DNA from: Chitinophaga pinensis
GTDB taxonomy: Bacteria > Bacteroidota > Bacteroidia > NS11-12g > UBA955
Reading direction: 5' to 3'
Assembly: GCA_945888525.1 (NCBI GenBank)
Contig: CAMDAF010000009.1
Location: 13,276 to 77,275, forward strand
Length of the DNA stretch: 64,000 nucleotides
Under the pieces are notes generated by a model. That model was not told the origin of the DNA and ran no database searches. It saw only the letters and a list, made by a program, of their open reading frames with translations. The stretch's first letter is position 1. Each line of letters begins with the position of its first letter. Made by a program: the position numbers and the translations under genes. Positions 30,693-40,731 of the stretch are shown piece by piece.

Positions 30693-31589
30693 TTACTCGT
30701 GTACGAATAAAGTTCTTACTTTATCTGCCAATTTGCGAACTTTAAGCGCATTTAAATTCAACATCACACCTGATAATACCACCGCCATACCTAATAAAAC
30801 GCTTGCTGGGTAAGTGTCATTGAAAAGAAATTTACCCATTATTACACCCCAAAATATTCCAATGTAACTCACGCTAGAAATTCTAGCAGCGGTGTCCATT
30901 TGATAAGCCCGTGTGATGTAGTATTGGCCAATTTGAGTGAATATACCTGTTCCAATGAGGTAAAACCAATCCCAACCCTTTGGGATAACAAATTCTTGAG
31001 GGAAAATTAAAAAATAAATTAAAACTAAGGGCAAAGCGATCATCGGTTGATAAAAGATAATGACATCCGCGTCTTCTTTGTCTTTCATATTGCGAATGGC
31101 ATTGTAAGCCAAGCCAGAAAATACAGCCCCAGCCACACCCATTAAAAAATCGAAGGTGTCTACATTGGCAAAACCTTTAACCATAACGACACCAGAAAAT
31201 GAAATGGCAAATGCAATCCATTGCATGTAGCGCACACGTTCTTTAAGGAAAACCATGGCGATTAAGGTGGTGCAAATTGGACTGAGGTAATGGATGACAA
31301 TGGCATTGGCCAACTGCATGTGTTGTAAGGTGTAGAAATAGCAAATTAAACCACCTGCTCCGAACAAGCCTCTGGCCAAAAGAAATTTGTGGTGCGTTCC
31401 CCAAGGGTAAACTTTTCTTTTCCTCAAAATGGCATAACTGATTATGAGCGTTATTCCAGCTCTAAATAAAATAACTTCAAAAACAGGAATATGACCAATG
31501 CTTTTCACACTGAAGTTCATCCATGCAAAAGCAAAACTTGCTATTAACATGAGCTTAACTCCTGGAGAGAAAAGTTTGTTGAATTGCAT
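30693..31589 (-). CDS. DMT superfamily (EamA-like) transporter
   Basis: 298 aa with 10 predicted TM helices and duplicated EamA-like halves. Confidence 0.65.
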   Translation of the reverse strand: MQFNKLFSPGVKLMLIASFAFAWMNFSVKSIGHIPVFEVILFRAGITLIISYAILRKRKVYPWGTHHKFLLARGLFGAGGLICYFYTLQHMQLANAIVIHYLSPICTTLIAMVFLKERVRYMQWIAFAISFSGVVMVKGFANVDTFDFLMGVAGAVFSGLAYNAIRNMKDKEDADVIIFYQPMIALPLVLIYFLIFPQEFVIPKGWDWFYLIGTGIFTQIGQYYITRAYQMDTAARISSVSYIGIFWGVIMGKFLFNDTYPASVLLGMAVVLSGVMLNLNALKVRKLADKVRTLFVHE

Positions 31590-32141
31590 TTAAGCTAGAT
31601 TAATCCAGCCCTGGTTGTGGGCATACCTTTGTAATTGGGTTAAGTGGTGTTTTCCATGCCATGCATATAAACCAATTACTTCACCTAGGGAATATTCTTT
31701 CTTGTATTCTGGATGAAAGTATTTTTTGTCAAATTCACTTAGCTCCATTTTTTTAAGTAGATGCAACCATCGCTCATGCAAAGGAATGATTAAAGCACAA
31801 GAAATGAGGGCATCAACTTCTAGGCTGTCAGAAGTATTGGCCCAAGTATTTTGATTGTAGGGTTTGATGGTGGGGATGTCTTCAGTTAAAGCAAGTTTAA
31901 AACGGCTATAGGCTTGCATGTGGCTGTCGGCGATATGGTGCACCGTTTGTCTGAAACTCCATCCGTCTGGTCTGTAACAGTGGAATTGATGCTCTGCTTG
32001 CAAAGACATCATAAATGAGGTTAAGGCTTTGGGGAATTTTGCAATTTCTTCTATGCAAACGGCGAGGTATTCATCTGTTATTTGCTCTGGAGCTATAAAA
32101 GGACCGTTGGCTTTTACGATTTCTTCTTGTGTGTATGTCAT
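31590..32141 (-). CDS. DinB/YfiT-like (DinB_2) putative metal-dependent enzyme
   Basis: 183 aa. Motifs ...TVHHIADSHMQAYSRF... and ...YAWHGKHHLTQL... match the conserved His residues of the YfiT/DinB_2 four-helix bundle family. Confidence 0.6.
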   Translation of the reverse strand: MTYTQEEIVKANGPFIAPEQITDEYLAVCIEEIAKFPKALTSFMMSLQAEHQFHCYRPDGWSFRQTVHHIADSHMQAYSRFKLALTEDIPTIKPYNQNTWANTSDSLEVDALISCALIIPLHERWLHLLKKMELSEFDKKYFHPEYKKEYSLGEVIGLYAWHGKHHLTQLQRYAHNQGWINLA

Positions 32142-33181
32142 TATCCGAAATTTATTTCTGCGCTATCGCCTAGGTTAAGGCTGTGAACTGTTCCTTGCAA
32201 GGAAGCGTCGTTGCCGATTAGTGAATTGTTCAAAACCGCGTAATTGAGTTCTGCAAAGGGGCCGATTATGGTTTCTTTAATGATTGATGATTCGATTAAT
32301 ACATGTTCACCTATACTCACATTTGGACCAATGATGCTGTTGCTAATTCGGCATCCTTTGTCTATAAAAACAGGAGGGATGATGATGGAGTTTTGAACCG
32401 ATTCAGGATCTACCGCTTCAAAGTTTCCACGTTTTAATAGCAATTGATTGGTCTGCAAAAGGATTTCCTTTTTGCCACAATCAAACCATGACGTTACATT
32501 GTAGGTGTAAAAGTTAATGCCCATAGAAACCATACACATTAAGGCATCTGTAAGGTGAAACTCATTTTGGGTTTTGATGTTGCTGTCTATGATGTTGTCA
32601 AGGCAATGCATCAAATCTTTTGTTTCGTTTATTTTATAAATTCCAACCAGGGCCAAATTCGATTTTGGAATAGCAGGTTTTTCTATAAGTCTTGTGATTT
32701 TATTGTCTTCAGAAACTTCTGCAACGCCAAATTGTCTTGGATCCTCCACTTTTTTCACTCCCAGTAAAGAATTGGGGTCATCGATAATTTCTTTCCAATC
32801 AACTTCGCAGATGGTATCACCAAAAACAATCAGTATTGGGTCGTTGTTGATTTGTTCTTTGGCCAGCCAAATTGCATGTCCTGTGCCCTTTCCAGTTGTT
32901 TGAATAACAAAAGAAGCGTTGATGTTTGGATAAGATTTTGAAATATATTCTTCGATTTTATCGCCTAAATAGCCGATAATAAACACAAAGTCATTGACAC
33001 CAACATCCACCAATTGGTCGATGATATGGGCTAAAATGGGTTTTCCAGCAACTGGAATCAAAGATTTTGGTTGGGTATGGGTATGGGGTCTAAGTCGAGT
33101 CCCAATGCCTGCAACAGGTATCACTGCTTTCATGTGCTGATGTTTCTTAGAATTTGAATTCAAAATTAAGAGGTTTAACAT
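32141..33181 (-). CDS. sugar-phosphate nucleotidyltransferase with C-terminal left-handed beta-helix (hexapeptide) domain; likely start at 33133 (MKAVIPVAG...)
   Basis: MKAVIPVAGIGTRLRPHTHTQPKSLIPVAGKPIL is the NTP-transferase G-x-G-T-R-L motif. The C-terminus carries [LIV]-G hexapeptide repeats. Confidence 0.7.
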   Translation of the reverse strand: MLNLLILNSNSKKHQHMKAVIPVAGIGTRLRPHTHTQPKSLIPVAGKPILAHIIDQLVDVGVNDFVFIIGYLGDKIEEYISKSYPNINASFVIQTTGKGTGHAIWLAKEQINNDPILIVFGDTICEVDWKEIIDDPNSLLGVKKVEDPRQFGVAEVSEDNKITRLIEKPAIPKSNLALVGIYKINETKDLMHCLDNIIDSNIKTQNEFHLTDALMCMVSMGINFYTYNVTSWFDCGKKEILLQTNQLLLKRGNFEAVDPESVQNSIIIPPVFIDKGCRISNSIIGPNVSIGEHVLIESSIIKETIIGPFAELNYAVLNNSLIGNDASLQGTVHSLNLGDSAEINFG

Positions 33182-33196
33182 GAATTACAAAGCATA

Positions 33197-34261
33197 ATGG
33201 CTTTTAATATTCTAAATCTGCAATCCAATTTTTTGTGTAAATTTGCAAGATTCATCATGGAAAAAGTAGTAAGTGGTATTAGGCCTACTGGGAAACTGCA
33301 TCTTGGAAATTATTTCGGAGCGGTTAAGAATTTTATTCGTATGCAAAACGAATTTGATGCATTTTTCTTTATTGCAGATTACCATTCTTTAACCACCCAT
33401 CCAACGCCGGCCGATTTGCATAGCTCAGTTAAGCGTGTTTTGGCGGAATACATTGCCTTGGGTTTAGATCCTGAAAAATGCACCTTGTATTTGCAAAGTG
33501 ACCTTCCGCAAACGGCCGAATTGTATATGTTTTTAAACATGAATGCTTATTTGGGTGAATTGCAGCGCTTAACTTCTTTTAAAGATAAAATACGAGACCA
33601 AGCAGACAATGTAAATGCGGGTTTATTAACCTATCCTGTTTTAATGGCTGCTGATATTTTATTGCACAAAGGATTGAAAGTGCCAGTTGGGAAAGACCAA
33701 GAGCAACACCTTGAGATGGCCAGAACATTTGGAAACCGATTTAACCGCTTATACAATGTTGAATACTTCCCTGAGCCGCAAGCCTTTAATTACAACCAAA
33801 ATTTGGTTAAAGTTCCTGGTTTAACTGGGCAAGGAAAAATGAGCAAAAGTGCTGGAGAAGCTGATTCTATATACATGAGCGATTCAGAAGAAGTAATGCG
33901 AAAAAAAGTCATGAAGGCCGTTACAGCTAGCGTTGATGGTCCTACAGAGCCAGGTTCTCCGAAACCTTTGCCCATTCAGAATTTATTCGATTTGATGGAT
34001 TTGGTTTGCTCAAGTGATGTAATAGCTAAGTTTGAAGCCGATTATTATGAAGGAAGTATACGTTTTGGCGATTTGAAAAAACAACTGGCCGATGATATGA
34101 ATAATTTTTTGGATCCCTTTAGGAGCAGAATCAATGATGTTTTAGCTGACGAAGCATTGTTGAGTAAGGTTGCAAAATTAGGCGCGGAAAAAGCCTCAGA
34201 AAGCGCCAATAAAACCATCTCTGAGGTCAGGGAAATTATTGGTTTTAAACGGTTTTATTAA
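33197..34261 (+). CDS. trpS: tryptophan--tRNA ligase; likely start at 33257 (MEKVVSG...)
   Basis: Class I HIGH-like motif GKLHLGNYFG, the KMSKS motif, and about 330 aa length. Confidence 0.9.
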   Translation: MAFNILNLQSNFLCKFARFIMEKVVSGIRPTGKLHLGNYFGAVKNFIRMQNEFDAFFFIADYHSLTTHPTPADLHSSVKRVLAEYIALGLDPEKCTLYLQSDLPQTAELYMFLNMNAYLGELQRLTSFKDKIRDQADNVNAGLLTYPVLMAADILLHKGLKVPVGKDQEQHLEMARTFGNRFNRLYNVEYFPEPQAFNYNQNLVKVPGLTGQGKMSKSAGEADSIYMSDSEEVMRKKVMKAVTASVDGPTEPGSPKPLPIQNLFDLMDLVCSSDVIAKFEADYYEGSIRFGDLKKQLADDMNNFLDPFRSRINDVLADEALLSKVAKLGAEKASESANKTISEVREIIGFKRFY

Positions 34262-34268
34262 ACGCTAG

Positions 34269-34763
34269 ATGCTGCTGCTACACTACTTAAGACAGTGCCG
34301 TAAATCCAGTTTTGGTTTTTTCGTGTTTGTGCTTATTGTTTTTGTGGTTTATGCCGTTCAATTGGTTTTAAAAACTGAAATAACGCCACTTGGCTATTTT
34401 TCTTTGTACAGCAATTCAACCCCTAAGTTGGATGCCTATACCCAAATACTTCCTAGTGTAGGAGAAGATAATATTCCTGTAGACATTTATCAGTTGCCGG
34501 GTACTGGTTTTATTATGATGGAGATTTTGCCAACGCGTTACCAAATATTAAAAGGTTCAGAGCATTGCAATCAAATGAACCATAAGTTAAAGCGCATTGG
34601 TTTGAGCGACAACAATGCCTGCGATTGTGAAAAATTAAAACAGTTTACCACTTGGTATAAACTGTATGCCAAACGCCAAGGCATCGAGTTGTCGGAACAA
34701 TATAAAATTAAAGAGTTTGGCTTCTTAAATGGAAAAATTATAAGCGTCCATGATGTTCAATAA
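34269..34763 (+). CDS. hypothetical membrane-anchored protein
   Basis: N-terminal TM helix followed by a soluble domain with four Cys. No recognisable family. Confidence 0.3.
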   Translation: MLLLHYLRQCRKSSFGFFVFVLIVFVVYAVQLVLKTEITPLGYFSLYSNSTPKLDAYTQILPSVGEDNIPVDIYQLPGTGFIMMEILPTRYQILKGSEHCNQMNHKLKRIGLSDNNACDCEKLKQFTTWYKLYAKRQGIELSEQYKIKEFGFLNGKIISVHDVQ

Positions 34764-35571
34764 CCTGCAGAATTTATGGTTTTGGAAACGCTTGGTTTTA
34801 GCGTCAGTGTTTTTCTATTTTATATGGTTGTGGTACTCGGGTTTGATGCTGCAAAATATTTATGATTCTCCATTTCAATACAAAGGTGCTGATATTACAT
34901 TTTGGCTTTTACATTGGTCGCATTTGCCAAAATTGATTTTGTACAATGGCATCAGTTCAATGTTGTTTTCCTGTGCTTTGATTGGGTTTTTGTTGGCATC
35001 ATTTTTTTTTATTGAAAAGAGATTTTTAACGGTCATTGCAGGTGTGTTTTTGTTGCTGTATCAATTGTTGTTCAATTATAAACTGGGCTATCACACGCAC
35101 CATTTGTATGGCTTGCATTTTGCCCTTTTGCCTTTTTATTTTAAAAAAGAGAACTTTTATTTAAGTGCAAACTTTGCAAGAATTATGGTTTGTGTCACCT
35201 ATTTCTTTGCAGGATTTTTTAAGCTAATTGGCAAAGGGTATTTATCATTAGACAGTTTTTCAAATACATTGCAAAACCAGCATTCTGCATATTTTTATTT
35301 TCATTCTGATGCCTTGAGGTCACAATTTGCATTTTGGATGATTAGGCATCCAAACATTGCTTGGAGTTTCTTTTTTCTGGCAATGCTTATGCAATTGAGT
35401 TTTGTTTTGGGTCTAATGAGCAAAAGGTTTGACCACCTTTTGTTTTTGTTTTTATTGCTTTTTCATGTAATGGATTGGTTTTTAATGAATTTGGGGATAT
35501 TCATGGGCATGTGCATTATGTCTTATTTGTTGCTTTTGCCAAAATCATTTTTTAAAGACTTAAATCATTGA
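34750..35571 (+). CDS. hypothetical polytopic membrane protein
   Basis: Overlaps the upstream gene by 14 nt. About 8 hydrophobic helices and a His-rich loop (GYHTHHLYGLHFA). Confidence 0.35.
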   Translation: MMFNNLQNLWFWKRLVLASVFFYFIWLWYSGLMLQNIYDSPFQYKGADITFWLLHWSHLPKLILYNGISSMLFSCALIGFLLASFFFIEKRFLTVIAGVFLLLYQLLFNYKLGYHTHHLYGLHFALLPFYFKKENFYLSANFARIMVCVTYFFAGFFKLIGKGYLSLDSFSNTLQNQHSAYFYFHSDALRSQFAFWMIRHPNIAWSFFFLAMLMQLSFVLGLMSKRFDHLLFLFLLLFHVMDWFLMNLGIFMGMCIMSYLLLLPKSFFKDLNH

Positions 35572-35709
35572 AGTACAAATTTTTTTCATTCCTATTAATC
35601 CATTTTTTTTAAGTTTTAATAATGGAATGATGCTGAATTTTTGTATTCTTTCCACATTTTGCAAAAATCCTAAGTACTTATAGAATAATTTCAATATGTT
35701 TGCACTCAA

Positions 35710-36348
35710 ATGAGCAAAACAAAAAATAAAGTAATGCACATTGCTGTGGCAGGAAACATTGGCAGTGGTAAAACAACGCTGGCAAATATGCTATCAAAGC
35801 ACTATGGTTGGGAAATTCAATTAGAGGACAATGATGACAATCCCTACATTAGCGATTTTTACGAAGACATGCAAAGATGGAGCTTCAACCTACAAGTGTA
35901 TTTTTTAAATGTACGTTACAAAAACATTAAAAAAATAAGAGAGAACGGCAAGCCAGTGATCCAAGACAGAACCATTTATGAAGATGCAAATATTTTTGCA
36001 CCCAACCTGCATGCCATGGGTTTGATGAGTACTAGAGATTTTGAAAATTACACTTCTTTGTTTACTTCATTAAACGATATGATACAGCCACCTGATTTGT
36101 TGATCTATTTAAGAGGAACAATTCCTACACTGGTAAAACAAATTCAGCAAAGGGGCAGAGATTATGAAGACAGCATCCGTTTGGATTATTTGAAACGTTT
36201 GAATGAACGCTATGAAGCATGGATTTCAACCTACAATTTAGGAAAATTGGTTATTTTGAATATCGATGAATTGGACTTTGAGAATGACCCTAACGATGCC
36301 AATTTTGTGATCAATAAAATTGAAGCTGAGTTAAACGGTCTGTTCTAA
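35710..36348 (+). CDS. deoxynucleoside kinase
   Basis: P-loop IAVAGNIGSGKTTLA. dNK family pattern ...EDNDDNPYISDFYEDMQRWSFNLQVYFLNVRY... and the DRT-like motif ...QDRTIYED. Confidence 0.85.
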   Translation: MSKTKNKVMHIAVAGNIGSGKTTLANMLSKHYGWEIQLEDNDDNPYISDFYEDMQRWSFNLQVYFLNVRYKNIKKIRENGKPVIQDRTIYEDANIFAPNLHAMGLMSTRDFENYTSLFTSLNDMIQPPDLLIYLRGTIPTLVKQIQQRGRDYEDSIRLDYLKRLNERYEAWISTYNLGKLVILNIDELDFENDPNDANFVINKIEAELNGLF

Positions 36349-36369
36349 ACAAAGATCGAAAATACTTTT

Positions 36370-36398
36370 AAAGCCTAGATTTTTCTAGGCTTTTTTAT
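36370..36398. terminator. bidirectional rho-independent terminator between convergent dNK and exonuclease genes
   Basis: AAGCCTAG-attttt-CTAGGCTT followed by a T-run, with an A/T run on the other side. Confidence 0.5.
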
Positions 36399-36454
36399 TT
36401 CGCTTCCTTTTTTGTCAACTGCTCCGACGTTATCCGCAGACCAAAAAATAAACA

Positions 36455-37879
36455 TTAAGCGTCGTAACTTAGTTTTTTGTGATTCCTTTTTAAATACGTA
36501 CATAGAATCTGCTGTATGTCGCGGTTGTGCGGGTAGCTTTTGATTTGCTCGCGCAATTGCAATGGTTCTGGCTCTGAAATAGAAATATCGGTGTATCCAA
36601 ATCCTTTGTATTGGCCTTTTTCAATGCATATTATTGAACGCTCCTCCACAGCCCGTCCTTTGCCAACTATAAAGAAACTTTCTAAATGAAAACTATAGCG
36701 CTTTATGGCTTCAATGGCCCTTTCATTGTATAATTCAGGTGCTTCAGAGCCACTGCAGGCACCTTTACATTTGTGTAAATGAAAATGAAAACAAGGGCCA
36801 GGCATTTGGTGTAAATCGCATTTAGATTGGCAGAGTTGATGGTGTTCAACCATGCGGTGTAAAACATCTTTGGCGGCCGACATGCTGTCTGCGGTGCTCA
36901 ATGGTTCGTCACCTTCTTTTAATTTCCGTATGCTGAATTGTATGTAACCATATTGGTCGTATTGGTTAAATATTCCAAAAAAAGGCACTGCACGCGCTTT
37001 TTTCTGTAAAACATTGTAAATAGGTTTTAGATTTTTAATTTCATCGGATTCCAACAAAAGGGCTACCAATTCATCGCCTGTTACTTCATAACTGATATCG
37101 GCAATTTCTGTTTTCATTTGCAAAGACTTTTTGCTGTCTTTGGTACTAAGCATAAAATGTTGCAATAGACGTTTTTTGATATCCAATGCTTTACCAACAT
37201 AAATGACATGGCCACCTGAATTGTGAAAATAATACACACCGGTTAAGCCCTCTGGAATGGTTTCTAGGGTTGATTCTTTGAGAAGAGGAGGTATAGACGT
37301 TTTTTTGCTTTCATCAGCCACCCAGTCTTGCTCAGGTATGCCTTTTTTAACGATTATTCTACTCAATAAAATGGCGGTGGCTTCGGCATCTCCCAAGGCT
37401 CTATGTCTGTCTTTTATTTGTATGTCTAGTGTTTCGCATAAACGGCCAAGACTATAGGACGGCAAGCCTTTAAAAGCAGCTCTAGCCATTCGCACCGTGC
37501 ACAAAGTTTTACGTTGGTATAAAAACCCTAGGTCTCTGAATGCTGCTTTGACAAAACCATAATCAAATCGGACGTTATGCGCAACAAAGACTGCGTTTTC
37601 GGTAAATTGAATAATTTGTTTTGCTACTTCATAAAATTTTGGCGCATTGGCCACCATCTCATTGTCTATGCCAGTTATGCGCTGAATTTCTAGAGGTATT
37701 CTGCATTCAGGATTAATCAAAGTGCTAAAGCGGTCTACCACTTTTTCTCCATCGTGCAAGAGTATTGCAATTTCGGTAATGCGGTCTCTTTCTGGCCTTC
37801 CTCCTGTGGTTTCAATGTCAATAACCGCAAACATAAATTGGATGGGAAAACTACGAATTTTTTTTCTGTTTTTGTCCAT
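36455..37879 (-). CDS. DEDDh 3'-5' exonuclease (DnaQ-like) fused to a GIY-YIG nuclease domain
   Basis: N-terminal FAVIDIETTGG...HNVRFDYGFV (Exo I-III motifs). Central GVYYFHNSGGHVIYVGKALDIKKRLLQHF is GIY-YIG. C-terminal Cys cluster. Confidence 0.8.
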   Translation of the reverse strand: MDKNRKKIRSFPIQFMFAVIDIETTGGRPERDRITEIAILLHDGEKVVDRFSTLINPECRIPLEIQRITGIDNEMVANAPKFYEVAKQIIQFTENAVFVAHNVRFDYGFVKAAFRDLGFLYQRKTLCTVRMARAAFKGLPSYSLGRLCETLDIQIKDRHRALGDAEATAILLSRIIVKKGIPEQDWVADESKKTSIPPLLKESTLETIPEGLTGVYYFHNSGGHVIYVGKALDIKKRLLQHFMLSTKDSKKSLQMKTEIADISYEVTGDELVALLLESDEIKNLKPIYNVLQKKARAVPFFGIFNQYDQYGYIQFSIRKLKEGDEPLSTADSMSAAKDVLHRMVEHHQLCQSKCDLHQMPGPCFHFHLHKCKGACSGSEAPELYNERAIEAIKRYSFHLESFFIVGKGRAVEERSIICIEKGQYKGFGYTDISISEPEPLQLREQIKSYPHNRDIQQILCTYLKRNHKKLSYDA

Positions 37880-37991
37880 AAAAATCTTAAACGCTTATTG
37901 TCGGTTATATACGGGTTTTAAATGCTTAATATTTGCTGTGTAATTTTTCTCGTTGCATCTTTGAATTACATTTTTATAAAACATAAAATTT

Positions 37992-38336
37992 ATGAATTCA
38001 TTACGCAATCGTGTGGTCCTTATTGGCCACCTAGGATCAAGTCCAGAATCTAAAACCTTAGAAAGTGGCAAATCGTTAACCCGTTTTTCTTTAGCAACAA
38101 CGGAGTCTTACAAAAACGAAAAAGGCGAAAAAATCAGTGAAACCCAATGGCACAATCTTGTGGCTTGGGGCAAAGTTGCTGAAATTGCTTCCAAGTTTTT
38201 AGACAAAGGTAAAGAAGTTGCTGTCGAAGGTAAATTGGTTAGCCGCAACTACAGCGACAAAGAAGGCATTAAGCGTTACATCACTGAAATTGTGGTGAAC
38301 GACTTGTTGCTTATTGGCTCTAGAAGCAAAGACTAA
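37992..38336 (+). CDS. ssb: single-stranded DNA-binding protein (short, lacks acidic tail)
   Basis: OB-fold pattern NRVVLIGHLGSSPE...RFSLATTESYKN...TQWHNLVAWGKVAE... Confidence 0.85.
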   Translation: MNSLRNRVVLIGHLGSSPESKTLESGKSLTRFSLATTESYKNEKGEKISETQWHNLVAWGKVAEIASKFLDKGKEVAVEGKLVSRNYSDKEGIKRYITEIVVNDLLLIGSRSKD

Positions 38337-38367
38337 TTATTGGTCTTAGGCTTTTTGTTGATTGAAA

Positions 38368-38394
38368 AATCCCGGTTTTTGCCGGGATTTTTTT
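38368..38394. terminator. rho-independent terminator after ssb
   Basis: AATCCCGG-ttttt-GCCGGGATT followed by a T7 run. Confidence 0.55.
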
Positions 38395-38462
38395 GTTTTG
38401 CACAGTCTATTCTCTTTAAGTAATTTTAAATTTAAAAGGTTAATTTTGTTGCTTAATATTTT

Positions 38463-40376
38463 ATGATTTCACGCCAATCCGTAGACGCAGTTATTCACGC
38501 CGCCCAAATTGATGAAGTGGTTGGCGATTATATTGCGCTTAAAAAACGTGGATCTAACCTGCTCGGTCGCTGTCCTTTCCACGACGAAAAAACTCCTTCT
38601 TTTACCGTTTCCCCTACCAAAGGAATTTATAAATGTTTTGGCTGTGGCAAAGCGGGTAACTCGGTTTCGTTTTTAATGGAACACGACAGCCTTTCATTTT
38701 CTGATGCCATTCGCAAATTGGCCGTCAAATACAACATCGTGCTCGAGGAGGATACCATTGTTAACCGCGAAGAATACAACGAACAACAGAAAAAAAGAGA
38801 GAGCTTGCTTGTTGCTCTTGAGTTTGCTAAAAATTATTTTAAAGACCAATTGCTCTCCGATGAGGGAAAAAGGGTAGGCGATTCATACTTCAGAGAACGT
38901 GGTTTTACCAAACAAACCATGGATGAGTTTGAACTCGGATACTCACCGCAGGGATGGGAAAGTTTGGTCGACGAAGCCAAGAGGAACCAATTCAACCTCG
39001 ATTATTTCGTTGAAGCGGGTCTGATCAAAAAGAAGGAAGATGGAAACTATTTTGACATGTTCCGTCACCGTGTTATTTTCCCAATCCACGACCTAACGGG
39101 AAAAGTGATTGCCTTCGGTGGAAGACAATTGGTGAAGGATGACCGATCACCTAAATACCTCAATTCTCCAGAAACAGAAGTTTACCACAAAAGCAATGTT
39201 TTATACGGTGTTTTTCAATCGAAGAAACACATTAAAAATCTGAACAATTGTTACCTGGTAGAAGGCTATACCGATGTTACCACCCTGCACCAAGGAGACG
39301 TTAAAAATGTTGTGGCCTCCTCTGGAACCTCTCTTACTGAGGGTCAAATAAAATTAATCAAACGATTCACCGACAACGTTACCGTTTTGTACGATGGAGA
39401 TGCTGCTGGTATCAAAGCTTCATTAAGGGGTATTGACCTTTTGTTAGAGCAAGGTCTTAATGTTCGCTGCGTTAGTTTTCCAGAGGGCGAAGACCCTGAT
39501 TCTTACTGCAAGAAACTCGGCTCAGTTGACTTTAAAGTCTATATTGAAAAAGAGCAAAAGGATTTTATCTTATTCAAAACCGATTTGTTGATGCAAGGTG
39601 TGGGCAACGACCCAATCCGAAAAACCGAAGTGGTAAAGAATCTTCTGCATAGTATTGCCCTAATTCCCGATGCGCTCAAACGTTCGGCCTATGCGCGAGA
39701 ATGTAGCCGATTGATGGATGCAGATGAAAAATTGCTATTGGTAGAAATCAATAGGTTTCGCAAAGGCAAATCGGCCGTCGACAAGCAAGTGATTTCAGCC
39801 GAAATTCAAGAAATCTTGCACACCCAAACCGAATTGCCAAAGCAAGAGGTATACAGCAGCAGCAATGAACAAGAACTAAACTTGGTGCGCTTGTTGATGC
39901 AAAGCGGGCACAAAAAATTTATGGAAGATGCCACCGTCGCCGATTTTATTTTCAAAGAATTAAAAGACGACGATGCCCTTCAAATTGAAAATCCTTTGTA
40001 CCAAAAAGTGCTCAATGAGGTAACCATTCAAATGGAAAAGGAACTGGTCTTTGATGAACAGTTTTTTATCAACCACGAGGATGGGGATATACGCAAAATG
40101 GCCGCTGATTTTATGACCGAACGCCACGAGCTCAGTGAAACATGGCTCAACAATGGCCTATTGATTAAAACGGAAAAGGAAAACTATGTCAACGACCTGC
40201 AATCGCTGTTTTTATTCTTAAAAAAACACAAATTGGAAAAACTCATTAAAGCCAATTTGGATGAATTGGGCTCTGCCACTGAAGACCATCAAAAACAATC
40301 TTTGCTGCATTACCACATGCAACTCATAGAGGTGCGCAATGCCATTGCCGAGATATTGGGTACCATAATGAATTAA
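38463..40376 (+). CDS. dnaG: DNA primase
   Basis: CHC2 zinc finger CPFHDEKTPSF...CFGCGKAG. TOPRIM pattern EGYTDV...YDGDAAG. 637 aa. Confidence 0.9.
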   Translation: MISRQSVDAVIHAAQIDEVVGDYIALKKRGSNLLGRCPFHDEKTPSFTVSPTKGIYKCFGCGKAGNSVSFLMEHDSLSFSDAIRKLAVKYNIVLEEDTIVNREEYNEQQKKRESLLVALEFAKNYFKDQLLSDEGKRVGDSYFRERGFTKQTMDEFELGYSPQGWESLVDEAKRNQFNLDYFVEAGLIKKKEDGNYFDMFRHRVIFPIHDLTGKVIAFGGRQLVKDDRSPKYLNSPETEVYHKSNVLYGVFQSKKHIKNLNNCYLVEGYTDVTTLHQGDVKNVVASSGTSLTEGQIKLIKRFTDNVTVLYDGDAAGIKASLRGIDLLLEQGLNVRCVSFPEGEDPDSYCKKLGSVDFKVYIEKEQKDFILFKTDLLMQGVGNDPIRKTEVVKNLLHSIALIPDALKRSAYARECSRLMDADEKLLLVEINRFRKGKSAVDKQVISAEIQEILHTQTELPKQEVYSSSNEQELNLVRLLMQSGHKKFMEDATVADFIFKELKDDDALQIENPLYQKVLNEVTIQMEKELVFDEQFFINHEDGDIRKMAADFMTERHELSETWLNNGLLIKTEKENYVNDLQSLFLFLKKHKLEKLIKANLDELGSATEDHQKQSLLHYHMQLIEVRNAIAEILGTIMN

Positions 40377-40726
40377 CTCCCCGACTTTTTTCTCAAGGCT
40401 TTTTCACATTGCCTTTCCCATATCAAAACTGATAAGCATTTTGCGATTTCTCGGTTCTGTTTGCCAAAACATTCTTTTGCCTTGCTTTCATACACATCTA
40501 TGCGGTAAAGCAAGTTGACCAATTTGTCGAAGTCGTGGTTTAAAAGCTCAAAGACCTTCTCTTCCAACCATTCTTTAAGGCTGTAAACATCCATGTGCTC
40601 TGGCTCTGCGCCAAAGAGCTGCAGGGTGTGTTCAATGGCAAAATTTTCCAATTCATTGTTCATAGCTACACAAAGGTAAAGGCTTTCATACGCAAAATCA
40701 TTGTTTGTAGAATTGATATAAATCAC
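40373..40726 (-). CDS. hypothetical small protein (likely start near 40660, MNNELENF...)
   Basis: ORF only. The 5-nt divergent spacing to the next gene suggests an internal start. Confidence 0.3.
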   Translation of the reverse strand: MIYINSTNNDFAYESLYLCVAMNNELENFAIEHTLQLFGAEPEHMDVYSLKEWLEEKVFELLNHDFDKLVNLLYRIDVYESKAKECFGKQNREIAKCLSVLIWERQCEKALRKKSGS

Positions 40727-40731
40727 TGAAA

